From assembly GCA_024704765.1 (NCBI GenBank), contig JAKMXF010000036.1, positions 1-63,722 of the forward strand: a stretch of 63,722 nucleotides of DNA. Reading direction: 5' to 3'. Source of the stretch: Oopsacas minuta (taxonomy: Eukaryota; Animalia; Porifera). The position numbers and the translations under genes were made by a program. The first letter of the stretch is position 1. The number at the start of each line of letters is the position of its first letter. The notes under the pieces are model-generated. The model was not told where the DNA came from. It worked only from the letters and a program-made list of their open reading frames with translations, and made no database searches. This document shows, in pieces, positions 50,202 to 62,229 of the stretch.

Positions 50202-53157
50202 CAGTATTCTTGTGATTAGCTAATATGCATGTAAAGTTAGGACATAAAGGACATGTAAATAATAAACAGTGTAAGTTCGTTAAATGGCCCATCCGTTTGT
50301 GTTAGTATTAATGAGGTTCTACTGTAATTATTTAACATCTCCTAGATATATTCTTCCATGACAAAAGAATCCAAGGTATTTATAGCCTATATAATTCATT
50401 TGTGTTTTCGAGGACAAAACAGTAGACGTTCACTATGAATGAGAGGAAATACATAAAGTTTAAGATGGGAGAAATGCTAAAAACAATTGTTTGGAGTATT
50501 TAAAGCATTCTATGCGCAAAAATCTGTTTCCGTAACTGCGTACAAGCGCAGGTTCTAATTAATTAGAGCATTGAAAAATTGTCAATCCGCATGGGAAAAC
50601 TGCAAATTTAACCTTCCCCAAACATAAAAAATGTGTAAATAAAGACCTAGCCCCCTCCCAAAGTAAATAGTTAATTATTCAGCAGCTGGTTTACTTAAAT
50701 ATTGATCCCGAAATTTGCTTTATGAATTCCGCACGATGATTGACAGATCAATATAAGGATAATCAATCATATATTCTAACACCTTTCAATATAAAATGCA
50801 ATATTTTTGGGGAATTATTATAAGTTACAAAATATCGGAATTATCGCATTAGAATGCATTAAATTATGTTGTACGATTTGACTTTAGGACAAGTTTGTAA
50901 TTGGTAGATGTGCCGACCACGAGGCTCAAATGTATACAGGATCAAAATGTTATGTTACCGCCCAAAATAGCGCCGCTGTAAGCACGTTTTTGGGACCAGT
51001 GATTTAGGGATCCCGTGCCTAAAAATTAAAACGCTAGCGATATAGGGATCAATCCAGTGACATAGGCCCTGTCACGAAAATATTTGGTCCATCTGAATCT
51101 GATGTAACAGTGATAAGTGTTGTCCATAAATAATGTTCCCCAAACATGATTCCTGTTGAACAGCGTACAGGGGAACATTATAAATGAATTTTTACAACAT
51201 GCTGGTTTATGACTGCCCTCATTCGTTGTCTCAGAAGAATTATTTCTGAGATTACAAATTTGTAAATACGTAGTTTGCATGCAACGAACTGGACACTAAC
51301 ACAAAGAAGAGAATGTGTGTTACTTTTTGCAAACAGTTCAAATGCAAACCATCCCAACACTAATAATGTAAACAAAGAAAGTCCCATGGCAACACCCATG
51401 TGTACCCAGGTGCTGCTGAGCCTGACACCAAGGTTGCAACTGAAATATCAGTATTCGGTTAGACTACTATTCATGAATACTGATACTCGGTTCGAGCGGT
51501 TGCAACATTGCTAACACTAATCCAAACAAACTCAGCCCTTAAATCACTTGGTCCCAAAAACGCCCAAAAACCCCTGGATAAACCCCTGCAAAGAAGAAGT
51601 AACAAAATCCTGAGTACTCACCAATTTATCTCAATTATAACGAAAATAATAATCAATAGAAATGGGAAATAATCCATTAAAGAAGTATTTATGCAATACA
51701 ACTACAATCACAATAAGAAATGCTATAGAAGTGCTATGAGTGGAATATTATGACATCATCACTAATTACTTTCTCTGAGAACTGTTATTTATTCTCTTGA
51801 ACAGCTAAATGATTTCATTGCGAATTTTGAGACAAAATAACCACAAATATGGTTAAAACAAATAAAACAATATTTAACTGCTGTAAACAAGGATATGCAA
51901 ATATGACAGCTTATCAAAAGTACACGCTTACGATTCATATAAACAAATTTGTGTTGACAATTTCAATTGAATTGTCGATTACTGCTGACTAGCTGTTGTA
52001 ACTAAAATTTAATCTATTAGCATCATTTTGAATATATACTAAAAAAGTGTGAAAATATGATTACGCAATCATATGTTCACAGGAAAGTTATTATAGTTAA
52101 TTATTAAGAATATAAGAGAAAACCAGTAACCTGAAGAGCGTACCGGTAACCTGAAGAGTACGCAGACCATGATGTCTTCACTTAGATACATACATACAAT
52201 CTTATTAATATAATAAACCTGTAAGAAGAGGATTCATTGCATTGGTCCCATGGTATCAATTAGTGACCTGAATACCCAAAATAGAATTTGGGTTCGAAAT
52301 GGATTATACAAATTGCAATAAAAGCAAATGATAACGGTTTGGACCGGTCTATTGGTCTGGAACTATTCATAATCCTCGAGCGGACAAACGAGCACATACG
52401 TAAATTATAAGAAGCTAGAAAAGGATAAAAGTATCAAATCAGCGCCTGTGACAACGAAATTCATTAAATTTATTGTCTTGGGTTTTAGAATCTATAATTT
52501 TCCACTAAATAATGAAATTAGCAAAGAAAAATTGTAAATAATCGAGTTAGACATTTCAAAGTGTTAGAATCGAATTCTACTCCTCTGTTTACAACAAATT
52601 ATCTGGTGGAAGTTAATCTCCAAGAAAATTATTAAATATTTCCAAATGTGTGAAAATGTGTTTAAATCCTGTGTTAAATTGTGTGTACAGTGGAGTCTCC
52701 CAAAACGGGCACTCCGAAGAGCGGACAATCTTCCACAACGTGCATATGCCATATCCCCAACATGTACGTTATTCGGAGACTCCACTCTATATAAAAAATT
52801 GTATATACATATACGTATATATAGGGGAAACACATATAATTTTCGATTGGCAGATTCCGCTCCGAGTTCGCAAACTACCCCTAAACCCATTCCAACAGGA
52901 AGATAATTCAGGACGAAAGGGAATGTTACCGGTAACATTTCATTCTCAAAATTTGTGCTGACCTCATCGAGTGACCCCTTGTTCGACGCCGCTCTGAGTC
53001 TAGTTTTAAGGATATCAACCCACTAAAGTACCTTTTAACACGATTATACGAGATCATCCCCATAATGTATTCAATAGATTCCTATTTCGAAACTATATCA
53101 AATATTTACATATAAACCAAAATAGAATTCTGGTAAAATCCGAATAACAAATACTCA

Positions 53158-55239
53158 CTACTTCCTCTTCCTATCACCACTCATCCTCCACACCATTTCA
53201 TACGGATAAGGGATTTTAGGTTGACTGAGTTTATTCAATTCATTCATTTCTTCCTGACTCAGATTCCAGTTAGTATCACCTGCACCCATGTTATCCTCCA
53301 GTTGCTGCAAAGTTCTTACACCTACTACAATAGAGGGAACAGCTGGTCTCTGTAACAGCCATTTGAGAGCTACCTAGAGAGGAATAAGCAATGCATAATC
53401 GTGTATAAATTCTGTACGTATGTAGCTATATTGATTACCATGAATAATCTCAGTAAACTAATCTCTCCATACAAGACCTTCATAACTCTGTTCGTATATT
53501 CGCAGCTGTTATAACTAATTATATCCATGGTTGCATAAAATTAATATTTAGTGCATAGCTTGGGTAATCATTAAACAGTGATAGAAAGTTTTCTCCCAAC
53601 GAGATTATTTAGATTTTAAAACAAATACTGTAGTTCTTAAACTGCTTACCTGAGAGACAGACCTGGAGTGATTAGAAGCTATCTTCTCCATTTGCTCTAA
53701 CATATCCCAGACATTCTCCTGACTAGCTAACTGAGAGTATGAAGGATGAGATTGGTTAGCTCTTCCCTTTTCACACTCATTCACCCAACCTATTCTACAC
53801 TCAGAACTTCCAGGAGCCTGGTCTCGCTTTATCTTACCTGTTAGCCATCCCCCTTTCAGAGGGGACCAGGGTAACAGAGCCACACCCTCTCTTTGACAGA
53901 CATCTCCTAGCTCCCATTCTGTTTCACGACATAACAGATTATATTGAGCTTGCAAACTTACTACAGATTCAAGACCCATATACCTATCAAATAATAACAA
54001 TAAATTATTGAAATTAAATAATATTCTCAGCGAAGTATTATCGCATTATGAAAAGGGAGTGCTATTAGAGCACACAATATATACAATAGAATTAATGACT
54101 CACTTGCATGTGTCTACAATCTTCTGCAGCTGCCATCCTAACACATTACTCACTCCCACATAGCGTACCTTACCAATACGAACTAGGTCATTAAGCGTAC
54201 GGAAAGTTTCCTCCAAAGGAGTAGCATCATCCCACACATGAGTCTGGAATAAATCTATATATGAAGTGTTCAGTCTGTTTAGACTACCTTCTACGGCTGA
54301 TATAAGGCTCTTACGGGATAGACCACGAGCATTGACATCTGTCTTATCCATACTTCCGGAAGCTTTGGTAGCTATCACATACCTGTTAGGGTAGATATAG
54401 GAATGTAAACAAATTGATAATATATACAATAGATAGAAGTTGATAGAAATAGTGCAATGCCATAGCCAGCTGATATATTCGGTTAAGCTCCTGGCTTACG
54501 TAGAGTATAAAGTAATTTTCTAGGGAGAATTGTTTTAAAAGTGTTTAATGCGGGATTTGCTTTATTGCAAATTAGGCATTAATAAGTGTAGCGATGCATT
54601 ATGCTAGGATGACTTTTACTGATAAAGAATTCGATAGTTCTACAACAAGTATCTTATCTTTGTTACAGAAATAGATAATGGGGTTTAAATAAGTCGAACA
54701 TGAATTGTAAAATGAGAATTTACAACAAAGGAGTATATTATAATCAGGTAACTAAGGATAAGGTAATCCTGGTCAATAACAGTTTTGAATTAAGCTCCAT
54801 GCATATGCTTTATGATATCAATTTTTCCAACTTAGGGTACAAGGTAAAGCCACTTATAAAAGTAGTGCTTCGGGAACAAACCCTTGTCTTATAACATATC
54901 TACACGAATAAATAAAGAAAGATATTTTATTGAAATTTATTTCTCTTCCCATAGTCGTATACCAATAACTCACCTATCTCTCTGCCTCTTGAGTAACCAT
55001 TTACCGAGAAAACTCTCAGATATCCCAGTCAGAGGTATAGGATAGATGTTAGCTGTGTCAAAGAAGTTCCCTCCCAGTTCTACAAATCTGTCCATTATGA
55101 GGTGGGAGAGAGCTTCGTCTGCTTGTCCAGGCCGCATGCCTTCTCCCTGTCCAAATGACATAGTACCAAGGCATATATTGGAGACCTTTAAACCTGAGTT
55201 ACCGAGGAAGTTATAGCCTAGGGAGTAGTTAGATGCCAT
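53158..55239 (-). CDS. Aldo-keto reductase, YajO/AKR9-12-like, 4 exons, 364 aa
   Basis: complement(join(53158..53373,53650..53983,54104..54382,54974..55239)), phases 2,2,0. Motifs [46 protein letters not shown]. Confidence 0.92.
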
Positions 55240-55857
55240 TTTATTCAATTACTAATATCAGAAGAGTAATATATAGAGGATTGTAACGCGACAATAAATA
55301 ATATAGTTTTATTGCATAATATGGAGAATCAGGCAGGCACGGGGCATTTGGCCAAGAAAGATTTTTATGTTCCGAATCTGCTAGATCCTAGGACCACTAC
55401 TGCCTATAATATAATATAATTTTAAAACAAGATTTTGACCCCGTGTGAGCGCGATTTGTGGATCTAGCGATATAGAGACGGATAAATTCTGAACACAGAA
55501 CCGAGGATCCCCATAACACTAGCGTCCCTGTATCACTCGCAATTTCGCCTTCCCCTTGGATTGGTGTAAATATTGCTTCTGGATGTAGCACAGTGTTCTC
55601 GCCACCCCTCTGATGTATGTATGTGTGTTTCGAAGCGATATATAATTGTATTGACATGAATCCAAGGTAAAAATCCTGAATTTCAATAAGAATATCAATA
55701 ATATCCACCAATATTACAATGTGATGAGTTACTAAATTATTTAGTAAATCATTTGCTGAAGACATTGCCTTACCGTGTAGAACTATGCCACAATGTAGTT
55801 CATATTTATCACAACTGTATTAATTATCAACCACAGTACAAATACAATATCAATAGA

Positions 55858-56877
55858 CTACTCAACACTCTTAGGAATTTCCGTAGGATATTTTATCTGA
55901 CAATAAGACATCAGTCTCTTCAAGCCTTGTATATATTTACGTTGTGTTTCATCATTCAAGACATGAGCTACGTTATTAGCGAATATTTTCTCCCTGCCAG
56001 TCCTAGCATGAATTCCCACCATAGTAACACCAATAGGCCAGGCTGCATTCCCAATAGCCATGTCTAGATACGCGTCATTAGCTTGGATATACTCCTGCTG
56101 CATTAAACTAATTAGTATAGGTTTTAGTGCAGTAAGAATATCAGAAGAAATAGATTTCTTCTTCAGACTCCGTAACAGAGGCTGCATGTAGGATATGGTT
56201 TGGTTATAAATAGCTGATTTATTCTTTCCCTCATAACTGTCCTTTACGTCACTACTCCTATCATTCAGATCGAATCCCCAAGAAGATATCAGGAATTGTA
56301 GAATATTTAGGATAATATTTGTGTCAGTAGCAGCTTCTTTGTGAGTTTTCAGTTGTTTCGTGAGAGATTTAACTTCAGAGTATGTCAGGTCTGATGACGT
56401 CACAGATACGTCACTACCATGTGACCCCTGCATACCTCCAGTGTCGTGTGTAACTAGGGATTCTATGTATTCTTTGTCGAGTCTTTCTATTGCTTTTAGA
56501 AAATCGTTCTGTAACCCGGATAAACCTTCAGGGGACTTCATCTCCAGTTGTTTTAATCTCTCCATAGATTCTACTTGTGTTTCTCCGAAGAGTAGGATTG
56601 GTTCTGACCTCTCTCTCAATCTACGAATAACTTCACATCTGGGAATAGTGTGAAGAGAGGGAGGGAGGGAAGTTGAGGAATTGTTTTGTAAGTTTTCATT
56701 GATTGTATTATTCTCCTGTATAGATTCTGGTATCTTAATCTGTGTAGGTTTAACTGTTGAAGATGGATGAGTATTCTCTTCTAACTCAGAACTCAAAACG
56801 TATTTCTTCCCTTTTGTATTACGAATATCTTCAACTAACTTACGCTTTCTAGCAAGTTCTTGCTTTAGAATATCCAT
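55858..56877 (-). CDS. PRPF18: Pre-mRNA-splicing factor 18
   Basis: 339 aa intronless ORF with MDILKQELARKRK, PRP4-like EVIRRLRERSEPILLFGET, and Prp18 domain IGNAAWPIGVTMVGIHARTGREKI...HVLNDETQRKY. Confidence 0.97.
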   Translation of the reverse strand: MDILKQELARKRKLVEDIRNTKGKKYVLSSELEENTHPSSTVKPTQIKIPESIQENNTINENLQNNSSTSLPPSLHTIPRCEVIRRLRERSEPILLFGETQVESMERLKQLEMKSPEGLSGLQNDFLKAIERLDKEYIESLVTHDTGGMQGSHGSDVSVTSSDLTYSEVKSLTKQLKTHKEAATDTNIILNILQFLISSWGFDLNDRSSDVKDSYEGKNKSAIYNQTISYMQPLLRSLKKKSISSDILTALKPILISLMQQEYIQANDAYLDMAIGNAAWPIGVTMVGIHARTGREKIFANNVAHVLNDETQRKYIQGLKRLMSYCQIKYPTEIPKSVE

Positions 56878-57400
56878 ATTTATCTTAATCTAGTATCATA
56901 AAGAGTAGTTACATAGTCAATATATGAAATGATATGAACAACCCACCAAGAAGGTGTGAAAATACTTCAGAAAAATTCATATCTCGATTGCAAATATCCC
57001 TCTAAATGTATAAGTGTATCAATTAGGTATTAATCAGAATGCTAGATTTCATACGGTTCCGCGGGCGAACGTCACACATTGTGCATGTAATTACGGCTTC
57101 ACTAAAATACATAAATGGAGAGGAATCAAATAAAGTTTACAATTAAAAAAATCCGCCAGTATTTTACCCACAAATTCATTATAGGAAGGGTAATGAATGA
57201 GAGCCTAAGGCTGTAATGGTATGAGGATTGATACAAGCGAATAATTAGGTAGACGGCATCAATTAAGTCAGCGGTTCCCAACGGGGTCCATGGACCCCTT
57301 GGTGTTCCACGGACGACAGCAGAGGGTCCACAGGTGAAAAATGATGGGAACCGCTGACTTAAATGTTGGTGGGTATATAAATTCTATCACGAAATATGTA

Positions 57401-58255
57401 TTAGGATGTCCATGGTTCCTCGGTTGGATCCCAGTCAAATACAGCATGTCTATCCAGAGCATTCAGCTTCAACATGTCATCAGCTGATATTTCAAAATCA
57501 AACAAATTTATATTTTCTTTAATCCTTTCCTGCTTTGAAGATTTAGGAATAACAATAAATCCACTCTGTATTGACCATCTAATCAATAGTTGAGCTGTAC
57601 TCTTATTATATTTGAGAGCTAATTCGGTTAGAGGAGGATCTTTTAGCATGTGTCCCTGTGTGAGAGGACTATAAGCCATTATTCCTATCCCTTGATGTCT
57701 ACAGTAACTGACTAGATCACTACGCGTGAGGTATGGGGTAATTTCCAGCTGATTAACAGATGGTAAGTCATTAGGAAATGAGCTTTGTAGCGCTTTCAAA
57801 TGATGTACACCAAAATTTGACACACCAATTGACCTCACGAGACCTTTAGCCTTAAGTTCAATGAGAGCCCTCCAAGTATCAACTATTTTACCACAATTAG
57901 GAGAGTGTATTAAATACATATCTATATAGCCTAGATCTAGCTTGTGTAGACTATTCATGAATGCTTGTGTAGCAGCTTTTCTACCGTGATCACTATCCCA
58001 TAGCTTAGTAATGATGAACAGCTGATCTCTAGGAATCCCGAACTTTTTGATAGCTCTACCTATCTCAGCTTCATTTTTGTATAAAGCAGCTGTATCAATT
58101 AGACGATAACCAGCTTGTATAGCCCACGTTACTGTATGAAGAGCTTTATCTCCTGTGTTAAGATATGTACCGAATCCTATACAAGGTATTTCTACACTGT
58201 CATTCAGCTTGATGGTAGAATTTATATTGAGAGTAGATAGAGAATTCTCTGCCAT
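57401..58255 (-). CDS. Aldo-keto reductase, AKR5-like (glyoxal/2,5-DKG reductase type)
   Basis: 284 aa intronless ORF with GYRLIDTAALYKNE, FIITKLW, LGYIDMYLIHSP, RSIGVSNF, AYSPL, IPKSSKQERIKEN. Confidence 0.93.
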   Translation of the reverse strand: MAENSLSTLNINSTIKLNDSVEIPCIGFGTYLNTGDKALHTVTWAIQAGYRLIDTAALYKNEAEIGRAIKKFGIPRDQLFIITKLWDSDHGRKAATQAFMNSLHKLDLGYIDMYLIHSPNCGKIVDTWRALIELKAKGLVRSIGVSNFGVHHLKALQSSFPNDLPSVNQLEITPYLTRSDLVSYCRHQGIGIMAYSPLTQGHMLKDPPLTELALKYNKSTAQLLIRWSIQSGFIVIPKSSKQERIKENINLFDFEISADDMLKLNALDRHAVFDWDPTEEPWTS

Positions 58256-58802
58256 AACAAAAGTCTAATTTATACAAACACTTATACGTAGCACATAAAT
58301 ATTTTGTGTATGATACAATATGTATTTGTTGCTCGAATATGGCCTATGGGAATTCTGCCTAAAAGATCGAATTTTCAAAACATGGGTGTATCAATGTGTA
58401 TACAGTATAATGACTCTAATATACGTATAATACCAAAGGTTCTGATAAAATGTTCTAATTTCTAAACATAAAATGTTGGTTAACAAAATCGGTTTGCAAA
58501 ATCAGAATAGCATACTACAGAAAAGATGGATTACTCAAAAGATAAGATTTAGATAAGATATTCCAAAAACCTCCTTAAAAAAGTGATATAAATAACAAGA
58601 CATTACTGTTAACCGCCAAGAACAGCTGATTGATATCTTCAATAATAGCCGGAATTATAATCAGCTAATGGTTTCTGGACAAAATATTTCCACCAAAAAC
58701 ACAATAAGTGAAAAAAGCTGTCTTTAATAATATCCCTCGTCTGAATACTTACCATTAATGATCTTGATAATTATTGGCTAGCACATTGTAAGAGAGTATG
58801 AA

Positions 58803-59285
58803 TCATGAATTATTGAGCAGACGAAAGCTAGGCCATAATACACACAATAGTTTTCCTGTAATCAACCCCTGGGATACAGGACCATACACATTGCTATCTA
58901 CACTTCTATTTGCGTTATCTCCCTCTACCCACACATGACCTCTGGGTACAGTGAGGTATCTGGTTTTATAAGACCTGGTCCTGATGTACTCACCTTCCAC
59001 CCCTGTAATTCTCTTCACCAGTGTCTCTTTAGGGTCTCGTGGACTTGTCAATGTTATCAAGTCTCCTGTTTTAAGTGAGTTAATTCCTAATTTTCTAACT
59101 AACACCAGATCAGAGAAGCGTCGCTCTACTGGATTAAGAGTAGGACACATAGATTCTCCTGACACTACTGCTACAGTGACGATATTATCACAGACAGTTA
59201 GTGTGATGAAGAAAGAGGCTACACAAGCCTGGATAGGACGTACTAGCATGCTAAATCTACTCATTAACCTAAATAATAGAGTCAT
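58803..59285 (-). CDS. IMMP2L: Mitochondrial inner membrane protease subunit 2
   Basis: 160 aa S26 peptidase with Ser-Lys dyad (GESMCPTLNP; LVKRI) and VPRGHVWVEGDN...SVDSN.YGPVS. Confidence 0.85.
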   Translation of the reverse strand: MTLLFRLMSRFSMLVRPIQACVASFFITLTVCDNIVTVAVVSGESMCPTLNPVERRFSDLVLVRKLGINSLKTGDLITLTSPRDPKETLVKRITGVEGEYIRTRSYKTRYLTVPRGHVWVEGDNANRSVDSNVYGPVSQGLITGKLLCVLWPSFRLLNNS

Positions 59286-60196
59286 GTTTGTAAATAAATT
59301 CTACATATACATAAATACACAATATTAATACAGAATACGTGGGTAATTTAGGTATTTGGAAATCCAACATTTCGTTCGAGGGTATTCCACTAATACGTAA
59401 TACATGGTATATTATGTCTGCAAGTTACCAGCTGAATATTACGCTATAAGCAATGTTATTTGTCCCTCTAACATGAAAATTCTGATTTTAACAGTATTTT
59501 AACCTAAGTTGACTAATTCATGAATTAATGAATAATTCGATAATTCATAATTCTTGAAGTTTGAAATGAACTATTCAAAAATATTTTTTCTGGATTTTAC
59601 AAAAATCTCGTGGACATAGCGTTAATGGGTTTAAAACAACAGAAGGTTGATGAATAGGATGAGATTATGAGGGGAATATGGGATATAGTAAAAGTATTAT
59701 TTGGATTTCATCTGTGTAATATACGAATACATATTAGTTCCATTAAGGTAGTTATTCGACTAATTCATTTAAATAATTCATATTCCGTAGCCAATTTTTA
59801 ATGAATTAGTCAACTGAGATTTTAACAGTAGCCAAACGTACCGTACCGTCTGTACGATATATTTGTTCAGTACAGGCCTTAGATATGAATATCGGGGAGA
59901 CGGTACTTATGAAAGAGCCGACAAAACTAGTCAAGCGCACAATTTACCCTATCATTGAAATCAAGGTATGTTCGGTTGATGTATCAAGAAAAGGCCAACG
60001 AGGATCGATAGGATCTGGCGAATTGTATTGTATACTGCTGGCCAAACAGGAAGCAATGTACTTGAATACTAAGACTACCAAATGAGCTAGATTTTATGGT
60101 ACAATTTCTATTAAAGGCAGGCTTTAGCAAAAATATATAAATATTCAAAAATCTATTTATACATTTACAATACTGCAGTAATAAGCTTAAAAAAAT

Positions 60197-61108
60197 TCAG
60201 AAAATTTGAATCATGCCTGTAGGTCGATCCACACAGACAGAAACAATATCTCCTTGTTTAGTAATAGCAATACCATTGGGTGATAATACACAGCCCTGTG
60301 ATGTTCCCTTGCTAGCGATTACATGTAGCAACTCTCCTTCCGGACTATATACTTCAATCTCACTAGCTATATAGTTGCTGAGTAGTATATTCAAATTAGG
60401 ATCTAATTCAAAGTAATACGGGCCTTTATCTGTCACAGATGTAATAATAGTATTCTGTGGAGTGTACGGATAACAAGGGTCATATATTTTAATGCAAAAC
60501 TTGCACAAGTCCATTATAAATAACTTTGTCGAGCTAAATTTCACATCTCGCGGTTTGTTCAAAGGCGAGTTTTCTGTGCTTGTAATTGCTCGAATATAAA
60601 AATCACTGAATACTTGTACTCGCGAATTATCACGGTCACAAATGAACATTTTATTCAACTCTTCATCAAAAGTGATTCCTTGTGGAAAATCGAATTTCCC
60701 TAATCCAGAACCTCTACCACCAAATAACGTTATAAAATCTCCAGTTAAATCATATACAGACACAGTGTTATTATAAAAGTTACTCATATAGATAAGTCCA
60801 TTGGCTATACACATGTAGAAATTACGAGCTATCTTTGTTGAGAATGAAAACAAGAATCCTTTCTGATTAAAAAGTAATATTCTTCCCAAATCTCTTTCAC
60901 TCACATAAATTGTGTCAGAAATGTGATCTATGACTACTCCTCGAGGCCAGTCTAATTCTGATAGAGATTTACCTTTCATCCCAAAACACGCCTTAGCATT
61001 CCCCTTTTTAGCAGAATAATCAATAACTTTGGACATTTCTATGTTGTTGAGTTGACCAGTACTAACATGAGCATAGAATGTAAATAAGAAATAAAGAGAA
61101 TTATACAT
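60197..61108 (-). CDS. NHL-repeat beta-propeller protein (TRIM/NHL-like C-terminus)
   Basis: Six NHL-like blades (WPRGVVID, FPQGITFD, KPRDVKF, SPNGIAIT). The start may be 61108 or the ATG at 61036, or this may be a terminal exon. Confidence 0.82.
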   Translation of the reverse strand: MYNSLYFLFTFYAHVSTGQLNNIEMSKVIDYSAKKGNAKACFGMKGKSLSELDWPRGVVIDHISDTIYVSERDLGRILLFNQKGFLFSFSTKIARNFYMCIANGLIYMSNFYNNTVSVYDLTGDFITLFGGRGSGLGKFDFPQGITFDEELNKMFICDRDNSRVQVFSDFYIRAITSTENSPLNKPRDVKFSSTKLFIMDLCKFCIKIYDPCYPYTPQNTIITSVTDKGPYYFELDPNLNILLSNYIASEIEVYSPEGELLHVIASKGTSQGCVLSPNGIAITKQGDIVSVCVDRPTGMIQIF

Positions 61109-61863
61109 TGAATGAGGATTATTGTACCAATTCGCCGTTAATTATTCATCCCCGCCAGTCCCAATTTGAATCTCCCGCTCTGACAAATTTACATACAGTA
61201 GAACCTCTGAGATCAGGGGCAGTCTTGTCTTGAGGGTGCTCAGCAGGGCTGCCGTGGCTATGGAATTTCTATTCCCATCTCATTCCAACAGGATTTCTGT
61301 GGGAATTCCCATGGGTTTTCTCATAGGTTTCCCATATGGCAATTTACATAGCAAGAAAATGATTCCTATTCCTATACCCAAGGCAACCCTCGTCCTCAGT
61401 TCTCAGAAATAACAAAACTCCATGGAAGTTCTATTTGGTACATACATAAGTATTGAGATCCTTCAAGTTAGTGAATCTAAATGTTTTAATGTGGCCATTA
61501 TCTGACACCTCGTATCCATGACCCATGAGCTATGACATATATATTACGCATCGTGTGATTCATTGACTCTCACAATTTTGAAAATCAAACATAGTGGTAT
61601 AGTGTAACACAACATCATGAACACACTAACACTCATCATTTATCTTTAACAGTATTGGATAATACATTCCAATTCAATTCGGTCATTAGTTAAGGACTCC
61701 TGGTGATCATATCACGTTCATACTAGCCAACTTGAGTGAAGAAAAAAGCGGGACGGAAAGCATTAAATTTAGCGGGGACATCTCAGGACCTAAAATCGAG
61801 ACAATCAACAAGGCTTTTTATAGACTCTTATTATGTAAGTTATTGATTATTGCACGATAGTAC

Positions 61864-62229
61864 TAGGGATCGATAGGGGGCACAATTATGGCCGGGAAAA
61901 CTGTACCGATTTTCGGCCGAAACCGGGACCGAGGCGATCCCTAGTTCCTCAAGTACAACCTAAGAGCTGTTAGATTTGAGCACCTCCTGACGTAGTTATT
62001 CCTAATCAACACGTCGAGGAAATTGTTGATGATAGTGAAGATTTAGATAGAGTATAGAGATACGTATATATTTTAGATTCAGTATCTCGCATTTAAATTT
62101 CTTTGTTCCAAACCTATGATGTTTTGCTTTAGAAATAACTCTTAGCATAAATTTCATTAAACACCCCGGCTGGCCAAGGGCCGGGTTCTCAACTTTTGGC
62201 CGTGGCCGGATCGGATCGGACGATCCCTA
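61864..62229. mobile_element. hAT-like non-autonomous element (TAGGGATCG ends)
   Basis: Left end TAGGGATCG at 61864; right ends CGATCCCTA at 61935 and 62221. Outer 8-bp flanks GATAGTAC/GATACCAC (6/8); CCGG-rich subtermini. Confidence 0.5.

Noticed and set aside
52564-52961. Three overlapping 86-124 aa ORFs
   Set aside because: No recognisable domain or coding bias; probably repeat-derived.
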